64,000 nucleotides of DNA from Bacteroidota bacterium (GCA_947476645.1 CANJRM010000002.1:189-64188); one strand, 5' to 3'; positions 8,810-18,569 are shown, numbered from the stretch's first letter. The notes: a model not told the origin generated them from the letters alone. Numbers and translations: made by a program.

Positions 8810-11800
8810 ATGTTTAATAAGTTTATTCAAAGACCGGTTCTTGCTATAGCACTTTCTGTGGGAATAGTTTTCCTCGGTTTGCTCGCCATCAGCACAACAC
8901 CGGTTGCACAGTTTCCGGAAATTGCTCCGCCACGCGTTACAATCTTCATTGAGTTTCCGGGTTCCAATGCCGATGTATTGGTTAAATCTACGCTGGTAAT
9001 TCTCGAAAGAGAAATCAATGGTGTGCAGGGAATGCAATACATGTTGTCGGATGCCACGAGCGCGAGCGAAGCGAGTATTGATATTGTTTTCGAACCGGGC
9101 ACTGACCCTACCATTGCCGCAGCCAGAGTAAAATCGAGGGTTGACCAGGTAATGACCAACCTTCCTCCATTGGTTCAAAAAGAAGGTGTAATCATCAAGC
9201 CTTTGCAACCGAGTATGTTGATGTATTTGAATCTTTACAGCACGAGTAAAAGTGCTGACGAGAAATTTTTATTCAACTACGCCAACACGTACATACTTCC
9301 CGAAATTCAACGTATCAGCGGAATGGGAATGGCGGAAGCCACCGGTAGCCGTGCGTTTGCTATTCGCGTTTGGTTGAATCCTGATAGAATGCGGGCTTAC
9401 AAAATTTCGGCAGAAGATGTTTTGAAATCTATTGATGAACAAAGCGTTTTGGCAAGACCGGGAAGAGTTGGTTTGAGTTCGGGAAAAACGGCACAATCGC
9501 AGGAGTATGTTTTTACTTACAAGGGTTGGTATAACACACCGGAGCAATACAAGGAAATTATTATTCGCGCTACTCCTGATGGCGAAGTGCTTAAACTAAA
9601 AGACGTTGCCGAAATAGAAGTAGGAAGCGAGTTTGTGGACATCTACTCTAACAAAGATGGTTTTCCATCCACCTCCATCGTGTTGAAACAAAATCCGGGT
9701 AGCAATGCCAACAAAGTGATTGCCGATGTAAAAACAAAACTGGAAGAATTAAAAAAAGATTTCCCTCCGGGTATGAATTATGAAATCAACTACGATGTTT
9801 CACAATTCGTAAATGCATCTATTGAAAAAGTGTTGCACACTTTATTGGAAGCCTTCATACTGGTTGCCATTGTGGTATTTATTTTCTTAGGCGATTGGCG
9901 TTCTACGCTCATTCCAATTCTCGCGGTACCGGTATCGTTGATTGGAACATTTGTTTTCATGCAAATGTTTGGCTTAAGTATTAACCTGATAACGTTGTTC
10001 GCTCTTGTATTAGCTATTGGTATTGTGGTCGATAACGCCATTGTGGTGGTGGAAGCGGTACACGTGAAGATGGACGAAGAAAATTTATCGCCATACAAAG
10101 CGGTGCAAAAAGCACTCGGAGAAATAGGCGGTGCCATCATCGCCATCACTTTAGTAATGACAGCGGTGTTTGTTCCTGTTGCATTTATGACCGGACCGGT
10201 GGGAGTTCTTTATCGTCAGTTCTCTATCACCATGGCAGCAGCCATTATTCTTTCCGGAGTTGTAGCACTTACACTTACACCGGTTTTATGCGCCATACTT
10301 TTGAAGAACACACACGGTCAACCAAAAAGAAGAACCCCGATAAATATTTTCATTGACTGGTTCAACAAAAGATTTGAAAAGCTTACCGGAAGATATACCG
10401 GTCTTCTGAAACTGATAGTTGACCGCAGAGTAATTACTTACGGAATGCTCGCCCTATTTGTATTTGGTATTGTAGGCATGAACAAAATTCTTCCTGCCGG
10501 TTTTATTCCTAACGAAGACCAGGGACAGATTTACGCTATCATTCAAACTCCTCCGGGTACTACCTTGGAAAGAACCAATGAGATAGCCAGAAAGTTGCAG
10601 GCTATTGCCAAGAAAGTTGATGGTGTGCAATCGGTAACTGCGTTGGCAGGTTTCGAAATTCTTACAGAAGGTAGAGGCTCGAATGCGGGAACTTGTTTGA
10701 TAAACTTAAAAGATTGGTCGGAGCGCAAACACAATGTGAAGCAGGTGATTGCTGAACTCGAAGAAAAATCAAAAGACCTTGCGGCTAACATCGAATACTT
10801 CGAACCACCTGCTGTGCCGGGCTATGGTTCATCTGATGGTTTCTCGTTGCGCTTGTTAGATAAAAGCAGCGATGTAGATTATCAGGTGTTTGATAAAGTG
10901 AATGCAGATTTTGTAGAGGCGTTGAAAAAGCGGAAAGAGTTGAGCGGCTTGTTTGCGTTTTATTCTGCTAAGTATCCGCAATACGAAATATTGATTGATA
11001 ACGAACTGGCGATGCAAAAAGGAGTTTCTATTGGAGAAGCCATGGAAAATCTGAACATCATGATTGGCAGTACGTATGAGCAAGGGTTCATACGCTTCAA
11101 CAATTACTACAAAGTTTATACGCAAGCCGGTCCCGAATTCAGAAAACAACCATCGGACTTGTTGAAGATGTTTATCAAAAATGATAAAGGCGATATGGTT
11201 CCTTATTCTGCTTTTATGACGATTAAGAAAACACAAGGACCCAATGAAATTTCGCGTTACAATCTTTACACTTCTTCTTTGATTAACGGTGTACCTGCAC
11301 CGGGTTATTCATCGGGTGAAGCAATGAAAGCGATACAAGAAGTTGCCAAAGAATCTTTGCCGCGTGGTTATGATATTGCATGGGAAGGACTTTCATACGA
11401 TGAAGCAAAGAGAGGAAACGAAGCATTGTATATTTTTCTTGTAGTAATCTTCTTCGTGTATCTAATTCTTGCCGCGCAGTATGAAAGTTTTCTACTTCCG
11501 TTTGCAGTGCTTCTTTCTATTCCTCCGGGAATCTTCGGTTCGTTCCTGCTTTTAAAAGCGATGGGATTAGCCAATGATGTTTACGCGCAGGTAGGTCTGA
11601 TTATGCTCACCGGATTACTCGGTAAAAACGCGGTATTGATTGTAGAGTTTGCCGTGCAAAAACACAATCAGGGAGCAACAGTTTTGCAAGCCGCTATCGA
11701 AGGAGCGAGAGTTCGTTTCCGTCCTATCTTAATGACTTCGTTTGCATTTATTGCCGGATTAATTCCGCTGGTAATTGCCACTGGTCCCGGTGCGGTGGGT

Positions 11801-12037
11801 AACCATACCATTGGTGCATCGGCATTGGGAGGAATGTTGTTCGGAACCATCTTCGGAGTAATACTTGTGCCGGGGCTTTACTTCATTTTCGGAAAACTTT
11901 CAGAAGGCAAAAAGCTCATTCATGACGAAGATGCAAACCCGTTGAGCGAAGACTTTATAGAAAGTCAGGAGCAAGTTGCGCTTACCCGAAACATCAGAAA
12001 AATGATACTTAAATTTTTAAAGAGAAAAGAGAAATGA
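8810..12037 (+). CDS. efflux RND transporter permease subunit (HAE1/AcrB-like multidrug type)
   Basis: 1075 aa. N-terminus MFNKFIQRPVLAIALSVGIVFLGLLAI..VAQFPEIAPPRVTI aligns by eye to AcrB-type pumps. Has 12-TM architecture with two large periplasmic loops. Confidence 0.95.
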   Translation: MFNKFIQRPVLAIALSVGIVFLGLLAISTTPVAQFPEIAPPRVTIFIEFPGSNADVLVKSTLVILEREINGVQGMQYMLSDATSASEASIDIVFEPGTDPTIAAARVKSRVDQVMTNLPPLVQKEGVIIKPLQPSMLMYLNLYSTSKSADEKFLFNYANTYILPEIQRISGMGMAEATGSRAFAIRVWLNPDRMRAYKISAEDVLKSIDEQSVLARPGRVGLSSGKTAQSQEYVFTYKGWYNTPEQYKEIIIRATPDGEVLKLKDVAEIEVGSEFVDIYSNKDGFPSTSIVLKQNPGSNANKVIADVKTKLEELKKDFPPGMNYEINYDVSQFVNASIEKVLHTLLEAFILVAIVVFIFLGDWRSTLIPILAVPVSLIGTFVFMQMFGLSINLITLFALVLAIGIVVDNAIVVVEAVHVKMDEENLSPYKAVQKALGEIGGAIIAITLVMTAVFVPVAFMTGPVGVLYRQFSITMAAAIILSGVVALTLTPVLCAILLKNTHGQPKRRTPINIFIDWFNKRFEKLTGRYTGLLKLIVDRRVITYGMLALFVFGIVGMNKILPAGFIPNEDQGQIYAIIQTPPGTTLERTNEIARKLQAIAKKVDGVQSVTALAGFEILTEGRGSNAGTCLINLKDWSERKHNVKQVIAELEEKSKDLAANIEYFEPPAVPGYGSSDGFSLRLLDKSSDVDYQVFDKVNADFVEALKKRKELSGLFAFYSAKYPQYEILIDNELAMQKGVSIGEAMENLNIMIGSTYEQGFIRFNNYYKVYTQAGPEFRKQPSDLLKMFIKNDKGDMVPYSAFMTIKKTQGPNEISRYNLYTSSLINGVPAPGYSSGEAMKAIQEVAKESLPRGYDIAWEGLSYDEAKRGNEALYIFLVVIFFVYLILAAQYESFLLPFAVLLSIPPGIFGSFLLLKAMGLANDVYAQVGLIMLTGLLGKNAVLIVEFAVQKHNQGATVLQAAIEGARVRFRPILMTSFAFIAGLIPLVIATGPGAVGNHTIGASALGGMLFGTIFGVILVPGLYFIFGKLSEGKKLIHDEDANPLSEDFIESQEQVALTRNIRKMILKFLKRKEK

Positions 12038-13458
12038 AGAACACACTAATGATTAAGTACATCGCTGTTGCGCTTATTCTGTTTTCGGCATGGGGCTGCA
12101 AACTTTTTAAAGAACCGATAAGAACCGAAAATAAAACAGTTCCGTCAAGCTATCATGCTTCGTTGGATACTACGAACACCGCGCGTGTTGTGTGGCGCAA
12201 TTATTTTACCGACAAAAATTTAATTGCGCTGATTGATACTGCTTTGGCAAACAATCAGGAGTTAAACATTACGCGTCAGGAAATTGAAATTGCGCGTAAC
12301 GAAGTGAAAGCAAAAAAAGGAGAACAACTTCCTTACGGTGGAATTCAACTCGGTGCAGGTGCTGATAAATCGGGTAAGTACACCTGGAACGGACAGTCGG
12401 AACATGATTGGGAAAAAGCGGAGAGCAAACCAAAATACATTGGTGATTTTATGATTGGCGCGGTGTTCTCATGGGAGCTGGACATTTGGAAAAAACTGCG
12501 CAACGGCAAGAATGCTGCGGTGGCGCGTTACTTAGCCAGTGTAGAAGGCAAGAACTTTATGGTTACGAATTTGATTTCTGAAATTGCGAATTCGTATTAC
12601 GAGTTGATTGCCCTCGATAACCAGTTAGAAATTATCCGCAAGAATATTGACATACAGCAAAGCGCGCTGAACATTGTTAAGCAACAAAAAGATGCCGCAC
12701 GTGTTACACAGTTAGCAGTTAACCGTTTCGAAGCGCAATTGCTCAACACAAAAAATTTGCAGTATGAAATTCAACAACAAATTGTAGAAACCGAAAATAA
12801 ACTCAACTTCTTAACCGGTCGTTTCCCTGCACCAATTACACGTAACGATGCTTCGTTTAATACAACTGTGTTCGATTCGATTTCTTCGGGTGTGCCAAGT
12901 CAGTTGTTAGAAAACCGTCCCGACATTCGCGGGGCAGAACAGGAATTAGTAGCATCTAAGCTGGATATAAAAGTGGCGAAGGCAAATTTCTTTCCAACGT
13001 TTCGTATTTCGGCATCAGCAGGCTTTCAGGCGTTTAATCCTGCTGTGTGGTTTAATCCCACTTCTCTTCTCTACAATGTATTTGCCGATATGATGGCTCC
13101 GTTGATTAACCGCAACGCGATTGTTGCCGCTTATAAAAGTTCGAGGAGTAAGCAAGTGCAGGCTGTGCTTAAATACGAGCAAAGTATTTTAAAAGCATTC
13201 ACCGAAGTGCAGAACGAACTTTCGGGTATTGATAATTACTCGAAGAGTTTTGATACAAAATCTACTGAAGTGGATATACTTAACCAATCAACAACTATTT
13301 CAGAAAACCTCTTTAAATCTGCCAGAGCAGATTATGGTGAGGTATTGCTTACCCAACGGGAAGCACTTGATTCTAAAATGGAGTTGATTGAAATAAAGAA
13401 GAAGCAACTGAATGCTGAAATAAATGTTTACAAGGCATTGGGGGGTGGGTGGAGATAG
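12034..13458 (+). CDS. efflux transporter outer membrane factor lipoprotein (TolC/NodT family)
   Basis: 474 aa, lipobox SAWGC, two TolC-like repeats with long helical segments. ATGA overlap with the pump gene. Confidence 0.9.
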   Translation: MKNTLMIKYIAVALILFSAWGCKLFKEPIRTENKTVPSSYHASLDTTNTARVVWRNYFTDKNLIALIDTALANNQELNITRQEIEIARNEVKAKKGEQLPYGGIQLGAGADKSGKYTWNGQSEHDWEKAESKPKYIGDFMIGAVFSWELDIWKKLRNGKNAAVARYLASVEGKNFMVTNLISEIANSYYELIALDNQLEIIRKNIDIQQSALNIVKQQKDAARVTQLAVNRFEAQLLNTKNLQYEIQQQIVETENKLNFLTGRFPAPITRNDASFNTTVFDSISSGVPSQLLENRPDIRGAEQELVASKLDIKVAKANFFPTFRISASAGFQAFNPAVWFNPTSLLYNVFADMMAPLINRNAIVAAYKSSRSKQVQAVLKYEQSILKAFTEVQNELSGIDNYSKSFDTKSTEVDILNQSTTISENLFKSARADYGEVLLTQREALDSKMELIEIKKKQLNAEINVYKALGGGWR

Positions 13459-13561
13459 GACTCATTTAACGATTTGGTGATTAATAATGAAGCAGTCGGT
13501 GGAAACGCTGGCTGCTTTTATTTTGTTGCAATTGTTAATTTCAAATTGCAACATTTGCACC

Positions 13562-14842
13562 ATGTTCATTAACGTTCCCGAAGTAAAAGTTCCCCGCATA
13601 GTTATTATAGGTTGTGGCTTTGGCGGATTAGAGTTAGCCAAACAACTGCGCAAAGCCGAAGTGCAGATTGTGCTGCTCGACAAAAACAATTACCACACTT
13701 TTCAGCCTTTGTTGTATCAGGTTTCTACTGCGGGGTTGGAAGCCGACTCTATTGCTTACCCTATCCGTAAAATATTTAAAGGGCAAAAGAACTTTCACTT
13801 CCGCATGGGCGAAGTGCAGCAGATTGTTTCAGAAGAAAATAAACTCATCACCAGCATTGGCGAATTGAAATACGATTACTTAGTTATTGCCACCGGTTCT
13901 ACCACCAATTACTTCGGCATAAAAGATTTTGAGCAGAACGCTATGCCCATGAAGAGCGTAACAGAAGCACTCGACCTTCGCAGTTTAATTCTTCAAAATT
14001 TTGAAAAGGCTTTGCTCACTAAAGATTTACATGAACAGGAAGCGCTGATGACTTTTGTGGTGGTAGGTGGCGGACCAACCGGTGTAGAGTTAGCCGGTGC
14101 TTTATGTGAGTTAAAGAAACACGTGTTGCCGAACGATTATCCCGAACTCGATTTTAGAAAAATGCGCGTGATACTGATTGAAAACGGTGGCGAGCTTTTG
14201 CAAGCCATGAACGAAACCAACCGCAAGCGCGCCAGCACTTACTTAGAAGAACTGGGCTGCGAAGTCTGGCTGAATACCGGTGTTGTAAAATATGACGGCA
14301 CAATTGCAGAAACAAAAACAGGAAAACAACTTCGCACTTCAGGTTTAATTTGGGCAGCAGGTATTAAAGCAGTTTTAATTGATGGATTAAACAAAGATTC
14401 GATTAACGCGCGTGAAAGAATTTCTATTGATGAATACTGTAAAGTAAAAGGACACGAAAACATTTTTGCCATTGGCGATGTGGCTTGCATGGTGCAGGAA
14501 AAATATCCGAACGGACATCCGCAAATAGCACCCGTGGCTATTCAGCAGGCGCAATTGGTGGCAAGCAATTTGAAAAAAACTTTCAAGCAATGGACGCTCA
14601 ACAAGTTTAATTACTTCGATAAAGGAACGATGGCAACCGTTGGAAGAAACCGAGCAGTTGTAGAAGTAGGCAACATTACTTTCGGAAGATTATTTGGCTG
14701 GTTAGCTTGGATGGGTTTACACCTGATGTTGCTCGTGGGTTTCCGCAATCGGGTTGTGGTCTTTATTAACTGGGTGTGGAGTTATATCAACTACGATAGA
14801 AACATGCGCCTGATTATTCGTCCGTTCGTGCGCAAAAAATAA
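13562..14842 (+). CDS. ndh: type II NADH dehydrogenase (NAD(P)/FAD-dependent oxidoreductase)
   Basis: Two dinucleotide-binding motifs (IVIIGCGFGGLE near the N-terminus, VVVGGGPTGVELAG mid-protein) plus IFAIGD. Start moved from 13487 to the ATG at 13562, where the Rossmann fold begins. Confidence 0.85.
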   Translation: MFINVPEVKVPRIVIIGCGFGGLELAKQLRKAEVQIVLLDKNNYHTFQPLLYQVSTAGLEADSIAYPIRKIFKGQKNFHFRMGEVQQIVSEENKLITSIGELKYDYLVIATGSTTNYFGIKDFEQNAMPMKSVTEALDLRSLILQNFEKALLTKDLHEQEALMTFVVVGGGPTGVELAGALCELKKHVLPNDYPELDFRKMRVILIENGGELLQAMNETNRKRASTYLEELGCEVWLNTGVVKYDGTIAETKTGKQLRTSGLIWAAGIKAVLIDGLNKDSINARERISIDEYCKVKGHENIFAIGDVACMVQEKYPNGHPQIAPVAIQQAQLVASNLKKTFKQWTLNKFNYFDKGTMATVGRNRAVVEVGNITFGRLFGWLAWMGLHLMLLVGFRNRVVVFINWVWSYINYDRNMRLIIRPFVRKK

Positions 14843-15244
14843 TCAACCCGCAAATTTTGCAGCAAGTAAATAGTAGAGCAACGCGCAACTTCCGGTCAGC
14901 ACAATTCCCCAGATGATGTCAACGATTACTACCACCAAAGGCCAGCTCCTAATGGTTGCCATGTTGGTGAGGTCATAGGTGGCGTAACATAACATACCTA
15001 AAACCGCTCCTTGTATTAATGCAGTTTGCCAGCTATGTTTTTCAAGCGCGGGCAACACCGCGAAATACAAAATGCCGCCTATGTAAATCAAATAGAAGAT
15101 AATAGCTGCCGGCCAGTTTACTTCGGGCGAAAGAATAAAGCCCAGTTTTTCGCGATAAAAATTTTTGGCAACAACTCCCAGCCAAACCATATCAATGGCA
15201 AAGAATATAAATGTAGTAATGGCGTAAGTGATGAGGATTTGCAT
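14843..15244 (-). CDS. DUF2177-like small membrane protein
   Basis: 133 aa with 4 hydrophobic helices. The sequence pattern (FFAIDMVWLG...FYR..L) matches my recollection of the DUF2177 family. Confidence 0.55.
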   Translation of the reverse strand: MQILITYAITTFIFFAIDMVWLGVVAKNFYREKLGFILSPEVNWPAAIIFYLIYIGGILYFAVLPALEKHSWQTALIQGAVLGMLCYATYDLTNMATIRSWPLVVVIVDIIWGIVLTGSCALLYYLLAAKFAG

Positions 15245-15336
15245 ATTGATATTTGTAAGTAAACAAAACGCGTAACAGAAAGTTCGGCATCAAAGCTAAC
15301 TAGTTTATTCAGCCATGAACAATATCAGTTTGCTAT

Positions 15337-15783
15337 TTGTTTTTAAGCAAGTCTAATTCCTATTTTTGCTTCGTGGTTCAAATCAATTTCACTCTTCTTA
15401 AAAAAAGAATTACTCCGCTGTATCAATTGGCGGTGGCGGTAATTATTGGTTGGACGGGTATGCTTATTTGCCGTTTTGTTCAGCATGAACCGGCAGCAGA
15501 ATATTTTGCGGCAATGGTGGCAATCATTCTTTACGTAATCATCAACACCGTAGTGTCATTGGCTTATACCAGTTTTTTGCGTTACACGATGCCTTCGTTT
15601 TATATCTACATTTTACTGATAGCTATTCTGTTTTTTAGTGCCAAGCAAATGTCGGGCATCAGCATTTGGACATTGCACATCTATCGCATGATGGTGGTAT
15701 CGGTGTCCATCTTTTACTTTATGGTAGGAGTAATGGTGCGCATTATCCGCGTTATTTACGATGCTGCTGAAAGCGGTTTCTGA
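15337..15783 (+). CDS. hypothetical integral membrane protein (start uncertain)
   Basis: 148-codon ORF with a TTG start in the track. Four hydrophobic helices. The 3' end overlaps the pyrD 3' end by 28 nt (convergent). First in-frame ATG is at 15460. Confidence 0.4.
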   Translation: MFLSKSNSYFCFVVQINFTLLKKRITPLYQLAVAVIIGWTGMLICRFVQHEPAAEYFAAMVAIILYVIINTVVSLAYTSFLRYTMPSFYIYILLIAILFFSAKQMSGISIWTLHIYRMMVVSVSIFYFMVGVMVRIIRVIYDAAESGF

Positions 15784-16823
15784 ACTAACGCACGATTTAT
15801 ATCGTGAATCAATTGCGGACCCGCATAAATAAATCCTGAGTAGAGTTGAATTAAGTCTGACCCTGCCGAAAACTTATCGAGTGCATCCTGCACATTCATA
15901 ATTCCTCCTACTCCTATAATTTTTACTTCTGATTCTTCAGTCTTCGGACTTCGGACTTCGGACTTCACTCTTGCAATCACTTCTGTAGCTCTCTTCGTCA
16001 ACGGTGCTCCGCTCAAACCGCCTGCTCCGTATTTTTCAATTTCGGAAGGAGAATAACTCAAGCCTTCTCTTGATATAGTTGTGTTGGTGGCAACAATGCC
16101 CTGAATTTTTGTTTGCTGCACCACGGTTACCACATCGGCAATTTGTTCGTTGGTTAAATCGGGAGCAATTTTTAAAAGAATAGGTTTTGGTTTTTGCTGT
16201 GCCTGATTGTAATCCTGCAAAGCATTGAGAATAGCCGTGAGCGAATCTTTATCCTGCAAGGCACGCAAGCCGGGCGTATTGGGCGAACTTACGTTAACTA
16301 CAAAATAATGCGCGTGCTCAAAAAGTTTTTTGAAACAATATTCGTAATCGCGAATAGCGTTTTCGTTACTCGTTACTTTGTTCTTGCCTATGTTGGCTCC
16401 AACTATAATGTTCGTTTTTCTGCGCTTCAGTTTTTCGGCTGCTACTTCTGCTCCTATATTATTAAAGCCCATGCGGTTAATCAGCGCGCCATTTTTTACT
16501 AAGCGAAACAACCTCGGCTTATCATTGCCGGGTTGCGGCTGCGGAGTAACGGTTCCTATTTCCACAAAACCAAAACCCAGCATTCCCATTTCGTCAATCA
16601 CTTCTCCGTTTTTATCGAGCCCTGCTGCAAGTCCAACCGGATTTGGAAAATCGAGCCCCCATAAATTACGATGAAGCGAAGCATGTTCAACTTTATTTCC
16701 TGCAATAAGATTTAGCAGTGCAGGAAATTTTCCTGCCAGTTGCAGATTATGAACCGTGAAATGATGCGCCTCTTCGGGGTCTAACTGAAACAGAAATTTT
16801 TTGGCGAGGGGATACAAATTCAT
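15756..16823 (-). CDS. pyrD: dihydroorotate dehydrogenase (quinone), class 2
   Basis: 355 aa with GLAAGLDKNGE, GFGFVEIGTVTP, NRMGFNN, NVSSPNTPGLR and IIGVGGI motifs. Carries a short in-frame heptad-repeat insertion (see repeat 15940-15966). Confidence 0.95.
   Translation of the reverse strand: MNLYPLAKKFLFQLDPEEAHHFTVHNLQLAGKFPALLNLIAGNKVEHASLHRNLWGLDFPNPVGLAAGLDKNGEVIDEMGMLGFGFVEIGTVTPQPQPGNDKPRLFRLVKNGALINRMGFNNIGAEVAAEKLKRRKTNIIVGANIGKNKVTSNENAIRDYEYCFKKLFEHAHYFVVNVSSPNTPGLRALQDKDSLTAILNALQDYNQAQQKPKPILLKIAPDLTNEQIADVVTVVQQTKIQGIVATNTTISREGLSYSPSEIEKYGAGGLSGAPLTKRATEVIARVKSEVRSPKTEESEVKIIGVGGIMNVQDALDKFSAGSDLIQLYSGFIYAGPQLIHDINRALVQKPLSAAS
15940..15966 (-). repeat. GTCCGAA heptad tandem repeat (3 full copies plus a partial) inside the pyrD coding sequence
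   Basis: Plus strand reads CTTCGGA x3 + CTTC. On the pyrD sense strand it is translated VKSEVRSPKTEE. Same repeat core as at 29649-29688 and 35544-35627. Confidence 0.85.
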
Positions 16824-17173
16824 AGGGGCGAATATATTGGGTAATGCCGAATTCGAATGCTGAAATTATTTGGAGACGGGGCTACGATTTTTTTTGCCAA
16901 ATTAAAAGACTGTTTTATTTTTATAGCGGTATCGGTCATCGGTAGCACTTCCGGGTGGCGCAAAGAACTACCCTCTGGTCGGAGAGTATGACGATACAGC
17001 ACGTTTACGGCTATAACCGGAAGTGGCGTGGTCTAGTTGTACGTAGCCTGTTAAACGCAACTCATGCCCCTTTAGCATAATGAGCATGCTGTATAAAGAC
17101 TGGCGATCCGGAAAGACGGATATTCTCACCTCCTTTAAACTTTCTTTACTTTGAAAAACCAAAATCACTCCTC

Positions 17174-18388
17174 ATGAAAAAACTTTTCACCCTTGCGTTC
17201 ATCATTTCTGCATTCAACATCGTTGCACAAATTCCTCAAAGCTTCAACTACCAGGCGGTAGCGCGCGATGCAGGCGGAGCGGTTCTTGCTGGTCAAAACA
17301 TTTCTATCAAGTTTACCATACTCGATGGTTTCCCCGGTGGAAGCTTGGTGTATATGGAAACGCATTCGGGTGTTGCCGTTAATCAATTCGGATTGTTCAC
17401 CACACAAGTAGGAACAGGAGCGGTGGTGATAGGAACATTCGCCAGTATTAATTGGTCAACCGGTCACAAATATCTGAAAGTAGAATTCGACCCTAACAAC
17501 GGAACTAACTATACCGACATGGGCACCACGCAACTGCTCAGTGTGCCTTTTGCCTTGTATGCAGTAACCAGCAGCAACGGACCAATAGGTGCAACGGGCG
17601 CAACAGGTTCCATCGGGCTTACAGGTTCTACCGGTGCAACTGGCGCCACAGGTGTGCAGGGAGTTCCAGGCAACGGAACGGTGAACGGCACTTTAAATTA
17701 CGTTTCAAAATTTACACCCGACAGCACCACACTCGGCAACTCACAAATTTTTGATGATGGCACTAACACGGGCATAGGCACCGTTACTCCGCATGTGAAG
17801 CTGAGTGTAAACGGAAGCGCGCTCGTAAAAACGCTGAGCACTGCCGATGCCGATTTTGCAGGCGATGTAAACGAGTGCGATAACTGCTACAACAACGTGG
17901 CGTTCACCGACCTCACCACCGCCATGACGGGCATCAGCATTCGCTGTGGCGATTATTTTGAAGGCAGTATAAATATGAACGGCACCAAACTGCCCGACCT
18001 GTTGCAAAACACTGCCGAATGGTATGGTGCCACGGGGCTTACCACCGCGGGCAGCGCCACCAACACACAGGATGTAGGTGCCGATAACATTACCCACTCC
18101 TGCAACTGCCCCGATAATTATGTAGCTACCGGTATTGAAATTTATGCCAGCGACCGTCTTGACGGGCGCATGAAACTGCGTTGCGCGCCTCTTAAAGCGG
18201 GACTGGTAACCACCAATACCGGCATTGGATTGCGAAGCGCTTACAACACGCCTTACGACAACGTTGACAACACCCGCTTTATGGGCATTTGCCCGCTGGG
18301 CATGTATGTAAAGGGCATTTCTATGTATGCTGCCGCCAAATTAGATAACCAGTTGTGCGTTTACTGCACGGGCATTAGGGAGAACTAG
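17174..18388 (+). CDS. secreted collagen-like repeat protein with Cys-rich C-terminal domain
   Basis: 404 aa with a signal peptide (MKKLFTLAFIISAFNIVAQ). Has 11 consecutive G-X-Y triplets (GPIGATGATGSIGLTGSTGATGATGVQGVPGNG). The C-terminus has two similar motifs, CPDNYVATGIEIYASDRLDGRMKLRC and CPLGMYVKGISMYAAAKLDNQLCVYC. Confidence 0.7.
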   Translation: MKKLFTLAFIISAFNIVAQIPQSFNYQAVARDAGGAVLAGQNISIKFTILDGFPGGSLVYMETHSGVAVNQFGLFTTQVGTGAVVIGTFASINWSTGHKYLKVEFDPNNGTNYTDMGTTQLLSVPFALYAVTSSNGPIGATGATGSIGLTGSTGATGATGVQGVPGNGTVNGTLNYVSKFTPDSTTLGNSQIFDDGTNTGIGTVTPHVKLSVNGSALVKTLSTADADFAGDVNECDNCYNNVAFTDLTTAMTGISIRCGDYFEGSINMNGTKLPDLLQNTAEWYGATGLTTAGSATNTQDVGADNITHSCNCPDNYVATGIEIYASDRLDGRMKLRCAPLKAGLVTTNTGIGLRSAYNTPYDNVDNTRFMGICPLGMYVKGISMYAAAKLDNQLCVYCTGIREN

Positions 18389-18392
18389 GCAC

Positions 18393-18560
18393 CATGTCAT
18401 GCTGAGCTTGTCGAAGCATTGTCGAAGGATGGGGTTCCCTCGCAAAGCCTCGGTCGCGCTATCGCTGCAAGTCCTCGCTCGTTCCCTGCCTACCGCCAGG
18501 CAGGCTCGCTGCGGGCTTTCCGATCTATCGCTAACCCGGGCAGCCGTTTTTTGTGTGAAT
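18393..18560. repeat. REP-like element copy fused to GC-rich palindromic sequence
   Basis: GTCATGCTGAGCTTGTCGAAGCATTGTCGAAGG (family of 5289-5352), followed by GC-rich sequence containing the inverted repeat CCTGCCTACCGCCAGGCAGG. No credible coding potential. Confidence 0.7.
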
Positions 18561-18569
18561 GCTTTGTCT

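Noticed and set aside
8531-9208. 225-aa minus-strand ORF overlapping the adaptor/pump junction
   Set aside because: It is antisense to two genes with unmistakable RND adaptor and AcrB-like sequences, and its translation has no recognisable features. It is a typical shadow ORF.
13487-13561. 25-codon extension of ndh, and similar upstream extensions of the OsmC (22077), miaA (29654), gltX (36015), C45 (24833), ComEA-like (53850) and membrane-protein (53702) ORFs
   Set aside because: The extensions run through repeat elements, terminators or neighbouring genes. Internal ATGs coincide with the conserved N-terminal motif or signal peptide of each family.
16824-17173. tmRNA, RNase P RNA, SRP RNA or a known riboswitch in the long spacer
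   Set aside because: I could not find the diagnostic sequences on either strand: the GGGGCUGA 5' end, tag ORF and T-arm with CCA of tmRNA; GAGGAAAGUCCGG of RNase P; GGUCCGGAAGGAAGCAGC of SRP; or the conserved riboswitch cores. The region is kept only as an unexplained spacer in the findings.
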